DNA of 64,000 nt from Myxococcales bacterium (GCA_037445065.1 JBBILD010000009.1:32001-96000), one strand, 5' to 3'. Positions 1 to 10,606 are shown, counted from the stretch's first letter. Made by a program: numbers and translations. The notes: generated from the sequence alone by a model not told the origin.

Positions 1-561
1 GTGTTCCTCTGGCTGTACGCCAGCGCGTTCTAGGGTGCGGGCGAAAATGCGGGCATCGGGCTTGCGAGTCCCTTCGCAGGCCGACACCACAACATAATCG
101 AGCTGCTCGAGGATACCGAGCCGTTCGAGCAAGCGGGGCATGTCCGACGGGGCATTCGAGAGCACCCCCACCCGCAAGCCGCGCGCACGCAAGGCGGCAA
201 TCGTCTCGGGAACATCAGGGAACAGTTGCCACTGTTCTGGGTGCCAAAAGCGAGCGAAGAACTCGCTCATGAGCTGCTCGTGCCCATCTTCGACCCCTAG
301 TTGGTGGAACACCAACTGCCCGAGCATGCGAAACTGCTGGGCGAACTCTTCGTCCGAGTCCGTGTACTGGCGCTCCTGTTCCAATTCGCGGCTTGCCCGC
401 TCCTGTCCAACCACCCACAACGCGCGCACCAGCCGCTCGGTTTCCGCGGCGCTCACTGGTCGCCCGGCTTTCGTGCACAGGTCGGCAAAGATCTCCCACA
501 TGGACTCGCGCGGATAGGCCAGCGTCCAACCCACATCCAGCGACACCGCTCGGATCGGCAT
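1..561 (-). CDS. HAD-IA family hydrolase (partial, runs off left edge)
   Basis: Not in the ORF track. Manual translation from ATG at 561 gives MPIRAVSLDVGWTL...LFPDVPETIAALRARGLRVGVLSNA...VVSACEGTRKPDARIF, showing HAD motifs I (DxGxT), II (SN) and III (KP). Confidence 0.85.
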   Translation of the reverse strand, partial: MPIRAVSLDVGWTLAYPRESMWEIFADLCTKAGRPVSAAETERLVRALWVVGQERASRELEQERQYTDSDEEFAQQFRMLGQLVFHQLGVEDGHEQLMSEFFARFWHPEQWQLFPDVPETIAALRARGLRVGVLSNAPSDMPRLLERLGILEQLDYVVVSACEGTRKPDARIFARTLERAGVQPEEH

Positions 562-648
562 GGGTACTTTGAAAGCACAGCGCCCGTTTTGGCGCCAGAA
601 GCCGGCCCACCTTGCGTTGCCCTGCGCTCCGGTTATTGAGGCCGGCTC

Positions 649-1437
649 ATGTGGTGGAAGGCCGCGCTGCTCGGGGTGGTAGAGGGGCTAACGGAGTTTT
701 TACCGATTTCCTCCACCGGCCACCTGATCCTGGCGGCCGACCTCGTCAACTACCCGGCGCGGCAGCGTGTGACCTTCGAAATCTTCATTCAGCTCGGAGC
801 CATTCTGGCGGTGGTGTGGCTCTACCGCCACTCGCTGTGGGAACTGGTGCGGCAAGCACCGCGGCAAGCGCGAGCGCGCGCCACGCTCGGGAAGGTGTTC
901 GTCGCTTTCCTGCCCGCGGCAAGCGCTGGATTTTTGTTTCACCGTGTGATCGAAGCTCACCTGTTCCGGCCTTGGGTGGTGGCAACGAGCTTAATCCTCG
1001 GCGGAGTGGTGCTTTTGTGGTTGGAGAGCAAGGATCATCGGGGCGAGCAGCGGGAGCTGGACGAAATCGGCTGGCGCCAGGCGCTGTGGATCGGAGTGGT
1101 GCAGGTTGCCTCGCTGGTTCCTGGCGTGTCGCGTGCAGCGGCTACGATTGCTGGTGGGTTGTGGGTGGGGCTCGAGCGGCCGCTGGCGACGCAGTTTTCC
1201 TTTTACCTCGCCATCCCCACGCTTGGCGCGGCCAGCTTGTACAGCCTCTTCCAAGCGCGTTCCGAACTTACCTTCGCCGAGGCTGGCCCGCTCGCGCTGG
1301 GTTTCGGAATGGCGTTCGTATCCGCTGCGATTGCCGTACAGACCTTGATCCGCTTCGTGCAGCGCCACACTTTCCGCGTGTTTGCCTACTACCGAATTGC
1401 GCTCGGACTGATCGTGTTCTGGTTTTGGAGGGGATAA
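649..1437 (+). CDS. uppP: Undecaprenyl-diphosphate phosphatase (BacA/UppP)
   Basis: GVVEGLTEFLPISSTGH and PGVSRAAATI motifs; multiple TM helices. Confidence 0.95.
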   Translation: MWWKAALLGVVEGLTEFLPISSTGHLILAADLVNYPARQRVTFEIFIQLGAILAVVWLYRHSLWELVRQAPRQARARATLGKVFVAFLPAASAGFLFHRVIEAHLFRPWVVATSLILGGVVLLWLESKDHRGEQRELDEIGWRQALWIGVVQVASLVPGVSRAAATIAGGLWVGLERPLATQFSFYLAIPTLGAASLYSLFQARSELTFAEAGPLALGFGMAFVSAAIAVQTLIRFVQRHTFRVFAYYRIALGLIVFWFWRG

Positions 1438-1473
1438 GTGGGCCGAACATCGCCCGCGTCGAGTGAGGAGGCC

Positions 1474-2904
1474 ATGGCATCGAGAACGAAGCAGTGGTTT
1501 CGCGTCAAACCCATCCACATGGTGGAGGAGGACCTGGCAGGAGAAAACCGCTTGCGCCGAGCGCTGGGCCCCGTGCAGCTCACCTCCCTGGGAGTGGGAG
1601 CGATCATTGGCGCAGGCATTTTCGTGCTCACCGGCCTTGCGGCGCACGATTACGCTGGGCCAGCGCTGATCCTATCGTTCGTCATTGCAGGCTTGGGCTG
1701 TGCGTTCGCGGCGCTTTGCTACGCCGAGTTCGCAGCCATGATCCCGGTGGCCGGAAGCGCGTACACCTATGCTTACGCCACGCTGGGGGAGTTGCTGGCC
1801 TGGATCATCGGCTGGGATCTGATCCTCGAATACGGCATGGCCTCGGCGACCGTGGCGCACGGCTGGTCGAAGTACTTCCTGCACTTGCTCGAGTTGTTCA
1901 ACGTCCACTTGCCGGTGCAAATCAGTTCCGATCCGTTCAGCACGCCGGGAGCGTGGTTCAATTTGCCGGCTGCAGTGATCGTCCTCATCGTGACCACCGT
2001 GCTGGTCATCGGCATCCGCGAAAGTGCCACCTTCAACGCTACCATGGTGGTGCTCAAACTGTCCGTCATCTTGTTCGTGATCGGGTTGGGGGCGTTCTAC
2101 GTTGACCCGAGCAATTGGTCTCCGTTTCTCCCCTTTGGCTGGAAAGGCGTGGCAGCGGGAGCCGCCTACGTGTTTTTCGCCTACATCGGCTTCGACTCGG
2201 TCTCCACCCAAGCGGAGGAGGCGCGCAACCCGCAGCGTGACGTGCCCATCGGGATCATCGCCTCGCTGGCGATTTGCACGCTGCTCTACATTGCCGTGGC
2301 CGCGGTGCTCACCGGCATGGTGCCGTACACCGAAATTGACGTGGACGCCCCGCTGGCAGCGGCCTTTGCCCGCTACGGCATCTCGGCGGCCGTGCTGATT
2401 ATTTCCGTGGGCGCGGTGGCCGGGATCACCAGTGTTCTTTTGGTGCTCATGCTCGCCCAGCCGCGCGTGTTTTTCGCGATGGCACGCGACGGGCTGTTGC
2501 CACAAGAGTTTTTCGGCCGTGTCCACCCGCGTTTCCGCACACCCCACCGTTCGACGATCCTCACCGGCTCCATCGTGGCGGTGGTGGCCGCACTACTACC
2601 GATCCACACCCTGGCAGAAATGGTCAACATCGGCACCCTGTTCGCCTTCGTGGTGGTGTGCGCGGCGGTGCTGATCATGCGCTACACGAATCCTGACCAA
2701 CCGAGGCCGTTCCGCACGCCGTTGTTTCCCTTGGTGCCCATCCTCGGGATTTTGTTCAATGTGGGTATGATGGTGTCTCTCGGCTCCCATAACTGGATGC
2801 GGCTCGTGATCTGGCTCGCAATCGGACTCGCCATATACTTCTCGTACAGCCAGTTCCATAGCCGCCTGGCGAAGCGGCAGGCTGCGGCCGCTCGGCCGCA
2901 CTGA
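1474..2904 (+). CDS. APC-family amino acid permease (cationic amino acid transporter-like)
   Basis: GVGAIIGAGIF, CYAEFAAMIPVAGSAY and FFAYIGFD motifs; GAGGAG SD before ATG 1474 (ORF track starts at GTG 1438). Confidence 0.92.
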   Translation: MASRTKQWFRVKPIHMVEEDLAGENRLRRALGPVQLTSLGVGAIIGAGIFVLTGLAAHDYAGPALILSFVIAGLGCAFAALCYAEFAAMIPVAGSAYTYAYATLGELLAWIIGWDLILEYGMASATVAHGWSKYFLHLLELFNVHLPVQISSDPFSTPGAWFNLPAAVIVLIVTTVLVIGIRESATFNATMVVLKLSVILFVIGLGAFYVDPSNWSPFLPFGWKGVAAGAAYVFFAYIGFDSVSTQAEEARNPQRDVPIGIIASLAICTLLYIAVAAVLTGMVPYTEIDVDAPLAAAFARYGISAAVLIISVGAVAGITSVLLVLMLAQPRVFFAMARDGLLPQEFFGRVHPRFRTPHRSTILTGSIVAVVAALLPIHTLAEMVNIGTLFAFVVVCAAVLIMRYTNPDQPRPFRTPLFPLVPILGILFNVGMMVSLGSHNWMRLVIWLAIGLAIYFSYSQFHSRLAKRQAAAARPH

Positions 2905-2934
2905 ACCGGGCCGAGCACGGCGGATGAAGTGACC

Positions 2935-4380
2935 ATGACGGCCGGGGCTCCTCCACAAGAACTCGATCAAGGGAGCGCGAGGCCGGTCGAATTCGCGCGC
3001 GTTCTCGGCCTGTGGGACGCCACCGCGATCGTTGCCGGCTCGATGATCGGTTCGGGCATTTTCCTGGTCAGCGCGGACATTGCTCGGCAAGTGCAGGCTC
3101 CCGTTTGGCTGCTAGCGGTGTGGGGACTCACCGCCGTGCTGACCGTGATGGGGGCGCTCATTTACGGGGAGCTGGCGGCAATGATGCCGCGTGCCGGCGG
3201 GCAGTACGTGTACCTGCGCGAAGCGTACGGGCCGCTGCTCGGGTTCCTCTACGGGTGGACGCTGTTCACAGTCATCCAGACCGGCACGATCGCTGCGGTG
3301 GCGGTGGCCTTCGCGCGTTTCACTGCGGTGCTGTTCCCGTGGCTCGAAAGTGGGCCGGTGGCCCCCTTTGTGCTCGACCGCCAGCGCCTGCTCGCCATTG
3401 CCGTGATCGCCTTGCTCACTTGGGTCAACACGATGGGCGTGCACACCGGGCGGCTCGTGCAAAACGTGTTCACCGCAGGCAAGGTCGGCTCGCTGTTGTT
3501 GCTGGCGCTTCTCGGCGCCCTGTTCGCGCCCGCGCGCGGCGCCGGGGAGGCGAACTGGGAGTGGTTTTGGGGGCGAGAACCACTCGCCTTGGGCGCCTTG
3601 CTGCCCGCATTTGGCGCCGCCATGGTGGGGGCGCTGTTTTCCGCCGATGCGTGGAACAACGTGACCTTTGCGGCCGCCGAAGTGCGCCAGCCGCAAAGAA
3701 CCATCCCCGCGAGCCTGGTGCTCGGAGCCGCGCTGGTGACCGGCCTCTACTTCCTCACCAACGTTGTGTACCTGGCGATCTTGCCACTATGGGGCGACCC
3801 GCAAGGGTCCACGGCACTCGCGCGGGGGATCCAGTACGCGAGCAACGACCGGGTTGCCACCGCTGCCATGGAGGTGCTGTTCGGAAGCGCCGGAACGGTG
3901 GTCATGGCCGCAGCCATCATGGTGTCCACCTTCGGCTGCGCCAACGGCTTGATCCTGGCCGGAGCGCGCGTGTACCACGCCATGGCCCACGATGGCTTGT
4001 TCTTCCGCATCGCTGGCTTCCTCAACACCCGCCGGGTGCCGGGAGCCGCACTCGTGCTGCAAGGAGTCTGGGCGAGTTTCCTGGTGCTGTCGGGCACGTA
4101 TAGCGACTTGCTCGACTACGTGATCTTTGCCGCACTATTGTTTTACGCGCTCACGGCTGCGGGCGTGTTCGTGCTGCGCTGGCGGGAGCCAGCACGGCAA
4201 CGCCCCTACCGGGTCGTCGCTTACCCATACCTCCCTGCGCTCTATATCCTGCTCACCGGTGCGATCCTCGCTGACCTTCTCCTGGTCAAGCCGCGCTACA
4301 CCTGGCCCGGGCTCGGCTTGGTTCTCTGCGGAGTCCCCGTGTATTGGCTCGCCCGCCGTCGCGGCTTACAGGGCGTTTGA
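2935..4380 (+). CDS. APC-family amino acid permease (LAT/SteT-like)
   Basis: AGSMIGSGIF, YGELAAMMPRAGGQYVYLREAYG and DAWNN motifs; start could be 2929 or 2935. Confidence 0.9.
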   Translation: MTAGAPPQELDQGSARPVEFARVLGLWDATAIVAGSMIGSGIFLVSADIARQVQAPVWLLAVWGLTAVLTVMGALIYGELAAMMPRAGGQYVYLREAYGPLLGFLYGWTLFTVIQTGTIAAVAVAFARFTAVLFPWLESGPVAPFVLDRQRLLAIAVIALLTWVNTMGVHTGRLVQNVFTAGKVGSLLLLALLGALFAPARGAGEANWEWFWGREPLALGALLPAFGAAMVGALFSADAWNNVTFAAAEVRQPQRTIPASLVLGAALVTGLYFLTNVVYLAILPLWGDPQGSTALARGIQYASNDRVATAAMEVLFGSAGTVVMAAAIMVSTFGCANGLILAGARVYHAMAHDGLFFRIAGFLNTRRVPGAALVLQGVWASFLVLSGTYSDLLDYVIFAALLFYALTAAGVFVLRWREPARQRPYRVVAYPYLPALYILLTGAILADLLLVKPRYTWPGLGLVLCGVPVYWLARRRGLQGV

Positions 4381-4733
4381 TTTGGCTGGCGGGCGCGGTC
4401 TTCCGCGCAACAGTCCGGGCTATGGCGAGCGCTGCACATTTCCCGAGCGGAGAGGATTCCGACCGATCTTCCCGATGAAGAACCGCTCCGCCAGCACCCC
4501 AAACCTCCGAGGCGAGGCTCCGCCATCGTCATCCAACCCCTCGGATCCAACAAGGGGGCAACGCAACACGGGTAACGGTGCTTCTGCCGGGGACCGAAGA
4601 ACACAACGCCGGGTGCCGCGATTATCACGTTCGCGGCAACACGCGCCACTCGTCGGCTATGCACGAAGACGATTCTCGGAGACGCGCACTAGGCCTTGCC
4701 CGCTGCAGGCACCTCGAAGGTAGCACGATGCGG

Positions 4734-6176
4734 TTACCGAAGACCGTTTGGGAAGGCAGTAGCCGAAATGGATCGCACCTGCCGCTCGCGCAAGATGCGC
4801 TCGCTGGCCAGCAGGCGCGACGTAACCAGCGCGCGAGGTGCAAGCCCGAAGCCTACGAGGACGATGACCAGCGCTGAAAACGCCCACGCCTCACGGCTGG
4901 TCAGTCCTAGCTTTAGGCCAGGGTGGAGGCGCGCATCGGAGCGGCCGCAAAACAGGGAAAAGTACATGCGCAGCACGGCAAGCCCGGTGAGCGCCGAGGC
5001 GACAACCACCGCTAACCCCATCACCGGGAAGGCCTGTACGGCACCTTGCACCAGTAACTCCTGGCCCACAAAACCCAGCGTTCCAGGAAAGCCGGTGCAC
5101 GCCAGGCCCATGGTGAGGAAGGCCACAGCGAGGAGGCGCATCCGCTCGTAGCCGCCGTGATACGTAGCGAGACCGAGCCGCCCCCGGCGTGCCTCGAGAA
5201 CGAGCACACAGCGGGCAAGGCCCGCAAAACTTAGGCCCGCCGACAGCCAAACAAGCAGCCCACCTGTAAGCGCGGCCACACTCGTACAGTCGAGCCCCGC
5301 CATCACCAGGGCCGATTGGCTCATAAACAAATAGCCACAGGCCCGCCGTGCACTCCTCTGCACCAGCGCCAGCGCGGCCCCGTAAACCGCGGTGACCAGA
5401 GCGAGCAACGCAATCGAGCGAAGCATCTCCGGTGAGGCCCGCGGTACAATTAGAATCACCGTGAGGTAAGCGCCCAACTGCGGACCGCAAAATAGGATGG
5501 CCGGCCCCAACCGCCCGTGATCGAAGACCTCCGGCACCCAGGCGTGAAATGGGACAATCCCCTTGCGAATCATCGCGGCGATCACGATCAACCACATCGC
5601 CACCGCTTCCAGCGCGGAGTGATGCGTCGCGCGCGGGCCCACAAGCAGCGCCACGCCAAGACCCAAAAGGAGCGTCGAAAGCCCGAGATAGGCGGCCGCC
5701 ACTTGCCGTTGGTAGCGATGCGCCGGACCGCCGATTGCGGCGAGAAAGGTAGCCACCGAAGCAGCCCACAGAGCGAAGAGCGCGACCGCACTCTCGGTCA
5801 TGAAAGAGGCGAGGGTCAGCAAGGACGCCAGCGCCGTGCGACGCAGCCCGCCACGGCCCAAACCCGCACGGGGAGTGACAGCGACGGTGAGCAACCACAG
5901 GCCAGCAGCAAAGGGCAGCAACACAGCCGCGAGCCCGTCGATCCGGATCAACGCCTCCTCCGCCCCGTCCCAACGCAACCACCCGGTGCGCAGGGAAAAA
6001 GCTCGCACTTGGGGGGAGAGAGCAACCACGAGAGTGACCGCCAACAAGGCGATTGCCGCAGACACTGCGAGGCGACGTAACCGTTCGACCTCGAGCGGGA
6101 GATACGAAGCCGCGATCACGGCTGTGGGCAGCACCGCGATCGCGGTCAACCAAACGGGAGCGTCACTCGTCCCCAT
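4734..6176 (-). CDS. NuoM/MrpD-like proton-conducting membrane subunit, third gene of the DAB operon
   Basis: RKGIVPFHAWVPE, HGGY and GFPGTLGFVGQE motifs; GGAG SD before ATG 6176; overlaps the end of the upstream NuoL-like gene. Confidence 0.8.
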   Translation of the reverse strand: MGTSDAPVWLTAIAVLPTAVIAASYLPLEVERLRRLAVSAAIALLAVTLVVALSPQVRAFSLRTGWLRWDGAEEALIRIDGLAAVLLPFAAGLWLLTVAVTPRAGLGRGGLRRTALASLLTLASFMTESAVALFALWAASVATFLAAIGGPAHRYQRQVAAAYLGLSTLLLGLGVALLVGPRATHHSALEAVAMWLIVIAAMIRKGIVPFHAWVPEVFDHGRLGPAILFCGPQLGAYLTVILIVPRASPEMLRSIALLALVTAVYGAALALVQRSARRACGYLFMSQSALVMAGLDCTSVAALTGGLLVWLSAGLSFAGLARCVLVLEARRGRLGLATYHGGYERMRLLAVAFLTMGLACTGFPGTLGFVGQELLVQGAVQAFPVMGLAVVVASALTGLAVLRMYFSLFCGRSDARLHPGLKLGLTSREAWAFSALVIVLVGFGLAPRALVTSRLLASERILRERQVRSISATAFPNGLR

Positions 6177-7572
6177 TCTCTCCTCCCCGCCAACCCTCAA
6201 CTTTCCGGCTGTCAGGTTCCACTCCGGTCCTGGAACCGAGGGCAACGCGAGCCACTGTGAGTGCGGCGTCGCACAACCAGCGGTCCAAACCCGTCAGCCA
6301 CCCAGTGACCCGCCGGAACGGCATCACCACGGCACGGTCGAGAAGTGTGTCGAGAAACCCGCGTTCCAGCGCAAACAGATACAGTCGGGAGCGCAGCCAC
6401 CCTGGAGCCAATCGCTCCAGATAACCTTGCTCCGGTACGAGACGGTTGCCAATCGCAGCCTCGATGCCGTGCAGGTCGTGCAGCACGTTCGGGGCGCTGA
6501 GAAATTGGAACAGACGGAAGCAGATGTGCCCCGCGAGGTGCGCAAAGGCCAGCGTAGAATAACCGGCAGCAATCTCGCAGATCACCAAACCCACTTGGGT
6601 GAGCGAGGCATAGGCCAACGAACTCTTCACATCGCTTTGTACGCGGGTGGTGACAGCCGCGTACAGGGCCGTGGCCGCGCCAAGAACCCCCGCCAAGACA
6701 CGCGCCGCCGGGGCCCGTTCCAACAGTGGCGCCGCGCGCAACAACAGAAAGCAGCCAGCATGAATAGAAAGCGCGCCATAATAAACGGCACTGGAAGGGG
6801 TCGGCCCCTCCATCGCCCGAGGCAGCCACCCCGAAAAGGGTAAAAGAGCGCTTTTCGCAGCAGCGGCAACGATGAGTAGAACGGCGATGGCGGTGGCGCC
6901 CATGGTTCCCAGACCAACGGGCGCCTCCGCGTGACCAGCGCCAAAGAGCAGCGAAAGGCTATCAGTACCTGCCAACGAATGAAGCAAAACTACTGCCGAC
7001 AGCATCGCGGCATCGCTGATGCGATAGACTGCAAATACGCGAAGCGCGTTATCGAGCGGCGCGGGACGCTCGTGGAAAAACCCTACTAAGAGCGCGGAAC
7101 TCAACCCAATCAGTTCCCAGCCCACGAACAATCCTTGCACGTTCCCCGCGAGCGCCACGAGAAAGATGCCCGTGGCAAACATCGCCAGCAAAACGAAATA
7201 GCGATGATACCCAGGCTCGCGGTGGAGGTAGCGGTGGGAAAACGCGGACACGATGCCGACGATCGCGGCCGATAAAGCCGCGAAACCCAGCGCCAACGGA
7301 TCCACCAGAAACTCTAGCGCGATACCGCCATGAGCAGCGGCGGACCATGTGCCGTAGGAGAGACGGATGGGGCCCCCACCCCTCGCCGCGCACGTGATCC
7401 CTGCGAGGGAAAAAGTAACGAGCGCCCACGTCATCGCCGCACCGGTGAGCGCCGCCGTCCACCGCTCCGGTAAACGGCGGTTCAACAGAGATGCGACCCC
7501 CAATATCGCAAACAAGATGGCCGGCGCCGCGACACCGCTGGCCACCAATCCCGCGAGGCTCCGAGCCGCCAT
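6163..7572 (-). CDS. dabB: NuoL/MrpA-like membrane subunit (DabB-like)
   Basis: FVGWELIGLSSALLVGF, AKSALLPFSGWLPRAMEGPTPSSA and SDVKSSLAYASLTQVG motifs; ATG 7572 overlaps the dabA stop (TGATG). Confidence 0.85.
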   Translation of the reverse strand: MAARSLAGLVASGVAAPAILFAILGVASLLNRRLPERWTAALTGAAMTWALVTFSLAGITCAARGGGPIRLSYGTWSAAAHGGIALEFLVDPLALGFAALSAAIVGIVSAFSHRYLHREPGYHRYFVLLAMFATGIFLVALAGNVQGLFVGWELIGLSSALLVGFFHERPAPLDNALRVFAVYRISDAAMLSAVVLLHSLAGTDSLSLLFGAGHAEAPVGLGTMGATAIAVLLIVAAAAKSALLPFSGWLPRAMEGPTPSSAVYYGALSIHAGCFLLLRAAPLLERAPAARVLAGVLGAATALYAAVTTRVQSDVKSSLAYASLTQVGLVICEIAAGYSTLAFAHLAGHICFRLFQFLSAPNVLHDLHGIEAAIGNRLVPEQGYLERLAPGWLRSRLYLFALERGFLDTLLDRAVVMPFRRVTGWLTGLDRWLCDAALTVARVALGSRTGVEPDSRKVEGWRGGENGDE

Positions 7573-10562
7573 CAGGACCCCGCTGTAACATGCATCCCGG
7601 ACTGCTCGGCCGTTGCCCTTGATCCCGGGCCAAGCGCGACCGGTGGCAAAAACCCCCTTTTCCCCTCGTACCAACGCATCGAGTCCCCCGTGACCACAGG
7701 TAGACCCTGTTGAGGCACATGGCGGACGAACCCTCTCTCCGTCCATTCCCACAATGCCCCGGAGTCGAGATCGAGCGCTGCCAGCCACACCCAGCGATTT
7801 CGAACGAGTCGTTCGACAGCGGGATTGGCGCGCACGGCTTGCAACACTCGGTCGGGCTGCGCCTCCACGACGATCACCAGTCGCACTGGCTCGTGAATTT
7901 CCACCATTTGCCAGGGTAGCCCGCTGCGCAAATCGCTTTGCGCTCCATCCATCACACCGAGAAGCGCGGTGACGTTGTGCGGGAGCTTGGTTCCGCAACC
8001 GTACCCGGTGGGGTCAACGTAGCTGAAGTAATACTCGAGGCTGATGCCAGCCGCGACTGGCACAACTGCGGAAATGACGCGGGCCAGAATCGAGCCGTCG
8101 GGATCACTCTCTGGATCGTAGGACGCCAGAAACGCGCGGCGGTCCAAAAACAAGCCCCGCGTGCGCGCCCGCCGCCCGATGACGCAAAGAGCGTTCGTGG
8201 CGTGCCCATACTCCGGCCGCGGCTGCGCCAGATCAGCGGCGCGCCCCTCGACGTGAGCCAGTGCGGCCGTTGGCGGGTACCAGAGCGGGACCGCATCGAA
8301 ACGCCGGCAACGTTCGTGCGCCTCACGCCGCCGGACCACCTCGATGGCCGCCTTGGCCCGCTCGAATAATGCCCTTCGCTCAGGGGGAACGAGATTCTCG
8401 TCGAAGAAGGTCACGCTGTTACTGGCAGTGTTCCGCTCTGCCCCTACGAACCAGGTGCCCGGGGGGATCTTCAGTCCCTCGGCTGCCAGCAACTCCCGCA
8501 CGCGCGTGTCGTTGGCCATCTGCGCGAAGGCGCGGGCGTTCGCCCCACCTCGCCCGCCACCGCAAGCTCCACAGTCATGGGCCGACTCGTGGGGGTTGTT
8601 CAAACTAACCGAGCCATGACCCACGACGAGGACAAGCGGAGCGAGACGATCCCTGAGGCCGGTGTCTTCGAGTACCCGGCGGACAATCCGTGCCATTTCA
8701 GGTACCGTGAAGCCAGAGTACTTGCCGATCGGCGGAACTTCAGGCGAGCGCTCAAGCTGCAGCCGGGTCTGCGCGGGCCGGAAGGACGCCTCTTGGGCGC
8801 GCCTCCAGCGAAACGACAACCAGGGGAAGACGACGCGAAACACAAGCGGAATCAGCGCAAGCCATCCGAACAGCGTGGTGAGCAGCGCCCCGCGTACAGG
8901 CAGGCGACTGCCAAGATAAATGTTGTGGCCCAGGAACCCAACGGCGCGCTGCCGCAAGCGCCACCCATTGCGGCCTGGATCGTGGTGGCCCGTTTCCACT
9001 TCGGCAACGTAGTGCTCGGGGCGGATGGCCACCGGGCAAAGGGGCCTCGGATGCGCGTCGGACACACCCTCGTAATACATCGCGACGTGGAAAAAGCCCG
9101 GTGTCCCAAACGTCTCGCACAACGGCTCGACTTCTTCGAGATGGCGGCGGAACGACTCCTCTCTCTCGTCGATACAAAACACCGCCTGAAACACCGGCCG
9201 CGTCGGAGCGCGCTCCGGCACGTGTTGGCTGATCGCGTCATAAAACCGGCTGCGGATTGCCCGTTCGAACGCTTGGTGCAAAATCCGCCGCGGCAATCGT
9301 TCTCCGATTGCTTCTAACTCCGCTTCGAGTTGGCGAACCTGATCAGGGGTCCAGGCTGCTACGATGGAAGCGTCCCAACCGCACAGTTGGGCCAGATGAA
9401 AGAGCCGCCACGCTCGCTCTGCCACAGCAGGCGGAGACAAAGGGCGAAGCTGCTGCGCAAGCCATGGTCGCAGTTCTGCCAGTGAGCCAGCAAATGCGAC
9501 TCGACGCGCCGCCTCCTCGAGCGCCGCCCGCTCGAAGAGCAGGCGCACAGCCAGATACCCAGTGAGGCTGACCTTGAGCTCCCGAACCGGAACGCGGTCT
9601 GGACGCTCCTCGATTTGGCGAACGATCCCGGCCCAACCGCGCAGAGCGAGAAGCTCCGCGCTCAAGTAATCGGCCCATTCCGACTCGCCTACCCCTAGGA
9701 CCTGCAACGAGTTTGCGAGGGAACTCCACTCGTTCCGGCCGTGCAGGCGATCCTCTTCCACGATACACGGCAACGCACGTGCCCAAGATCCACACCAAGC
9801 CGCGAGCCGTGTTCCGTAGAGTTCGAGGAAACAACCGTGGATGCCCAACTCGCGGCCCGGCATCGGCCAGTGGGCAAGGCCCTGATCGAGATAGCCGGCT
9901 AGGAAGCGGATCAAGGGTGGGTGAATCCAGGCATCTGGGTCAAGCCCGAACACGGCACGCAACCAGTCCGCATGCCGAACCCAAGTGGGAGAGAGACACG
10001 CCCCAGTCTCAGCCGCCCGCTGGACTGCACCGATGCAGCCTGTCCACAAGCTCTTGACCGCTTCCCGTTCTGCGGCCAGCTCTGGCCCCAGCACATCCTC
10101 TCCAGCAAACAACGCGCTGAGCGGTGCACCTTTCCGAAAACGCGCCAACGCCTGGGTTTCCTCGAGCATCCAGCCGAGTTCCCGTCCCGCGGCCGCGGGA
10201 ATGCCATGCAAGATCACGGCCCGCCAGAGTTCGAAACGCGAAATCAGTCCCGCCACCTCTTGCTCAGCGCAAGCGCCAAGATGCTCACGGAGCACCAGCT
10301 CGACATCGCGCGCGTACATGCGCCCTGAGGCCAGCTTTGCCCGCAGCCGCCGTTCGGATAAGTACGGCTCGCGCCCGAGTTGCCCCGCCGCTGTTTCCAC
10401 CGCCTGCTCGAACGGCAGGTGTTCGAACGCGTGAAGCGGGTTGTGGTGAATGAAAATGCTGATCGGACCCTGAGCCGGCAACAGGTGCGCGAGTCGCTCG
10501 ATCAAGCTGGCTAAGGTGCAAAGGGCGGAGGAGGCGTCCGACGAACTGGTTTGCAGGTGCAT
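7572..10562 (-). CDS. dabA: DUF2309/UPF0753 protein, beta-carbonic-anhydrase-like inorganic carbon transporter subunit DabA
   Basis: PAQGPISIFIHHNPL N-terminus; FCIDEREESFRRHLE and GHGSVSLNNPHESAHDCGACGG (Cys/Asp/His/Cys zinc ligands); RPEYGHA and HEPVRL motifs. Start uncertain. Confidence 0.92.
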   Translation of the reverse strand: MHLQTSSSDASSALCTLASLIERLAHLLPAQGPISIFIHHNPLHAFEHLPFEQAVETAAGQLGREPYLSERRLRAKLASGRMYARDVELVLREHLGACAEQEVAGLISRFELWRAVILHGIPAAAGRELGWMLEETQALARFRKGAPLSALFAGEDVLGPELAAEREAVKSLWTGCIGAVQRAAETGACLSPTWVRHADWLRAVFGLDPDAWIHPPLIRFLAGYLDQGLAHWPMPGRELGIHGCFLELYGTRLAAWCGSWARALPCIVEEDRLHGRNEWSSLANSLQVLGVGESEWADYLSAELLALRGWAGIVRQIEERPDRVPVRELKVSLTGYLAVRLLFERAALEEAARRVAFAGSLAELRPWLAQQLRPLSPPAVAERAWRLFHLAQLCGWDASIVAAWTPDQVRQLEAELEAIGERLPRRILHQAFERAIRSRFYDAISQHVPERAPTRPVFQAVFCIDEREESFRRHLEEVEPLCETFGTPGFFHVAMYYEGVSDAHPRPLCPVAIRPEHYVAEVETGHHDPGRNGWRLRQRAVGFLGHNIYLGSRLPVRGALLTTLFGWLALIPLVFRVVFPWLSFRWRRAQEASFRPAQTRLQLERSPEVPPIGKYSGFTVPEMARIVRRVLEDTGLRDRLAPLVLVVGHGSVSLNNPHESAHDCGACGGGRGGANARAFAQMANDTRVRELLAAEGLKIPPGTWFVGAERNTASNSVTFFDENLVPPERRALFERAKAAIEVVRRREAHERCRRFDAVPLWYPPTAALAHVEGRAADLAQPRPEYGHATNALCVIGRRARTRGLFLDRRAFLASYDPESDPDGSILARVISAVVPVAAGISLEYYFSYVDPTGYGCGTKLPHNVTALLGVMDGAQSDLRSGLPWQMVEIHEPVRLVIVVEAQPDRVLQAVRANPAVERLVRNRWVWLAALDLDSGALWEWTERGFVRHVPQQGLPVVTGDSMRWYEGKRGFLPPVALGPGSRATAEQSGMHVTAGS

Positions 10563-10576
10563 GCGAAGCGTTGCTT

Positions 10577-10606
10577 TAGATAGGGATATTGAGATATTCT
10601 TGTCAA
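10577..10606 (-). promoter_or_regulatory. Putative sigma70 promoter of the dab operon with an overlapping imperfect dyad (candidate ArsR operator)
   Basis: Minus strand reads TTGACA-N18-TATCTA. The spacer contains the dyad GGGATAT-TGAG-ATATTCT within a 47-bp divergent intergenic region. Confidence 0.55.

Noticed and set aside
4381..4733. Island attachment site or small gene after the second permease
   Set aside because: No tRNA end or direct repeat matching the 18.9-kb boundary was found, and the ORFs lack support.
6245..7998. Long N-terminal extensions in the ORF track (dabB to 7998, recD from 31960, larC to 45439, nuclease to 60848)
   Set aside because: They overlap neighbouring genes and lack homology; internal starts with coupling or SD/-10 signals fit better.
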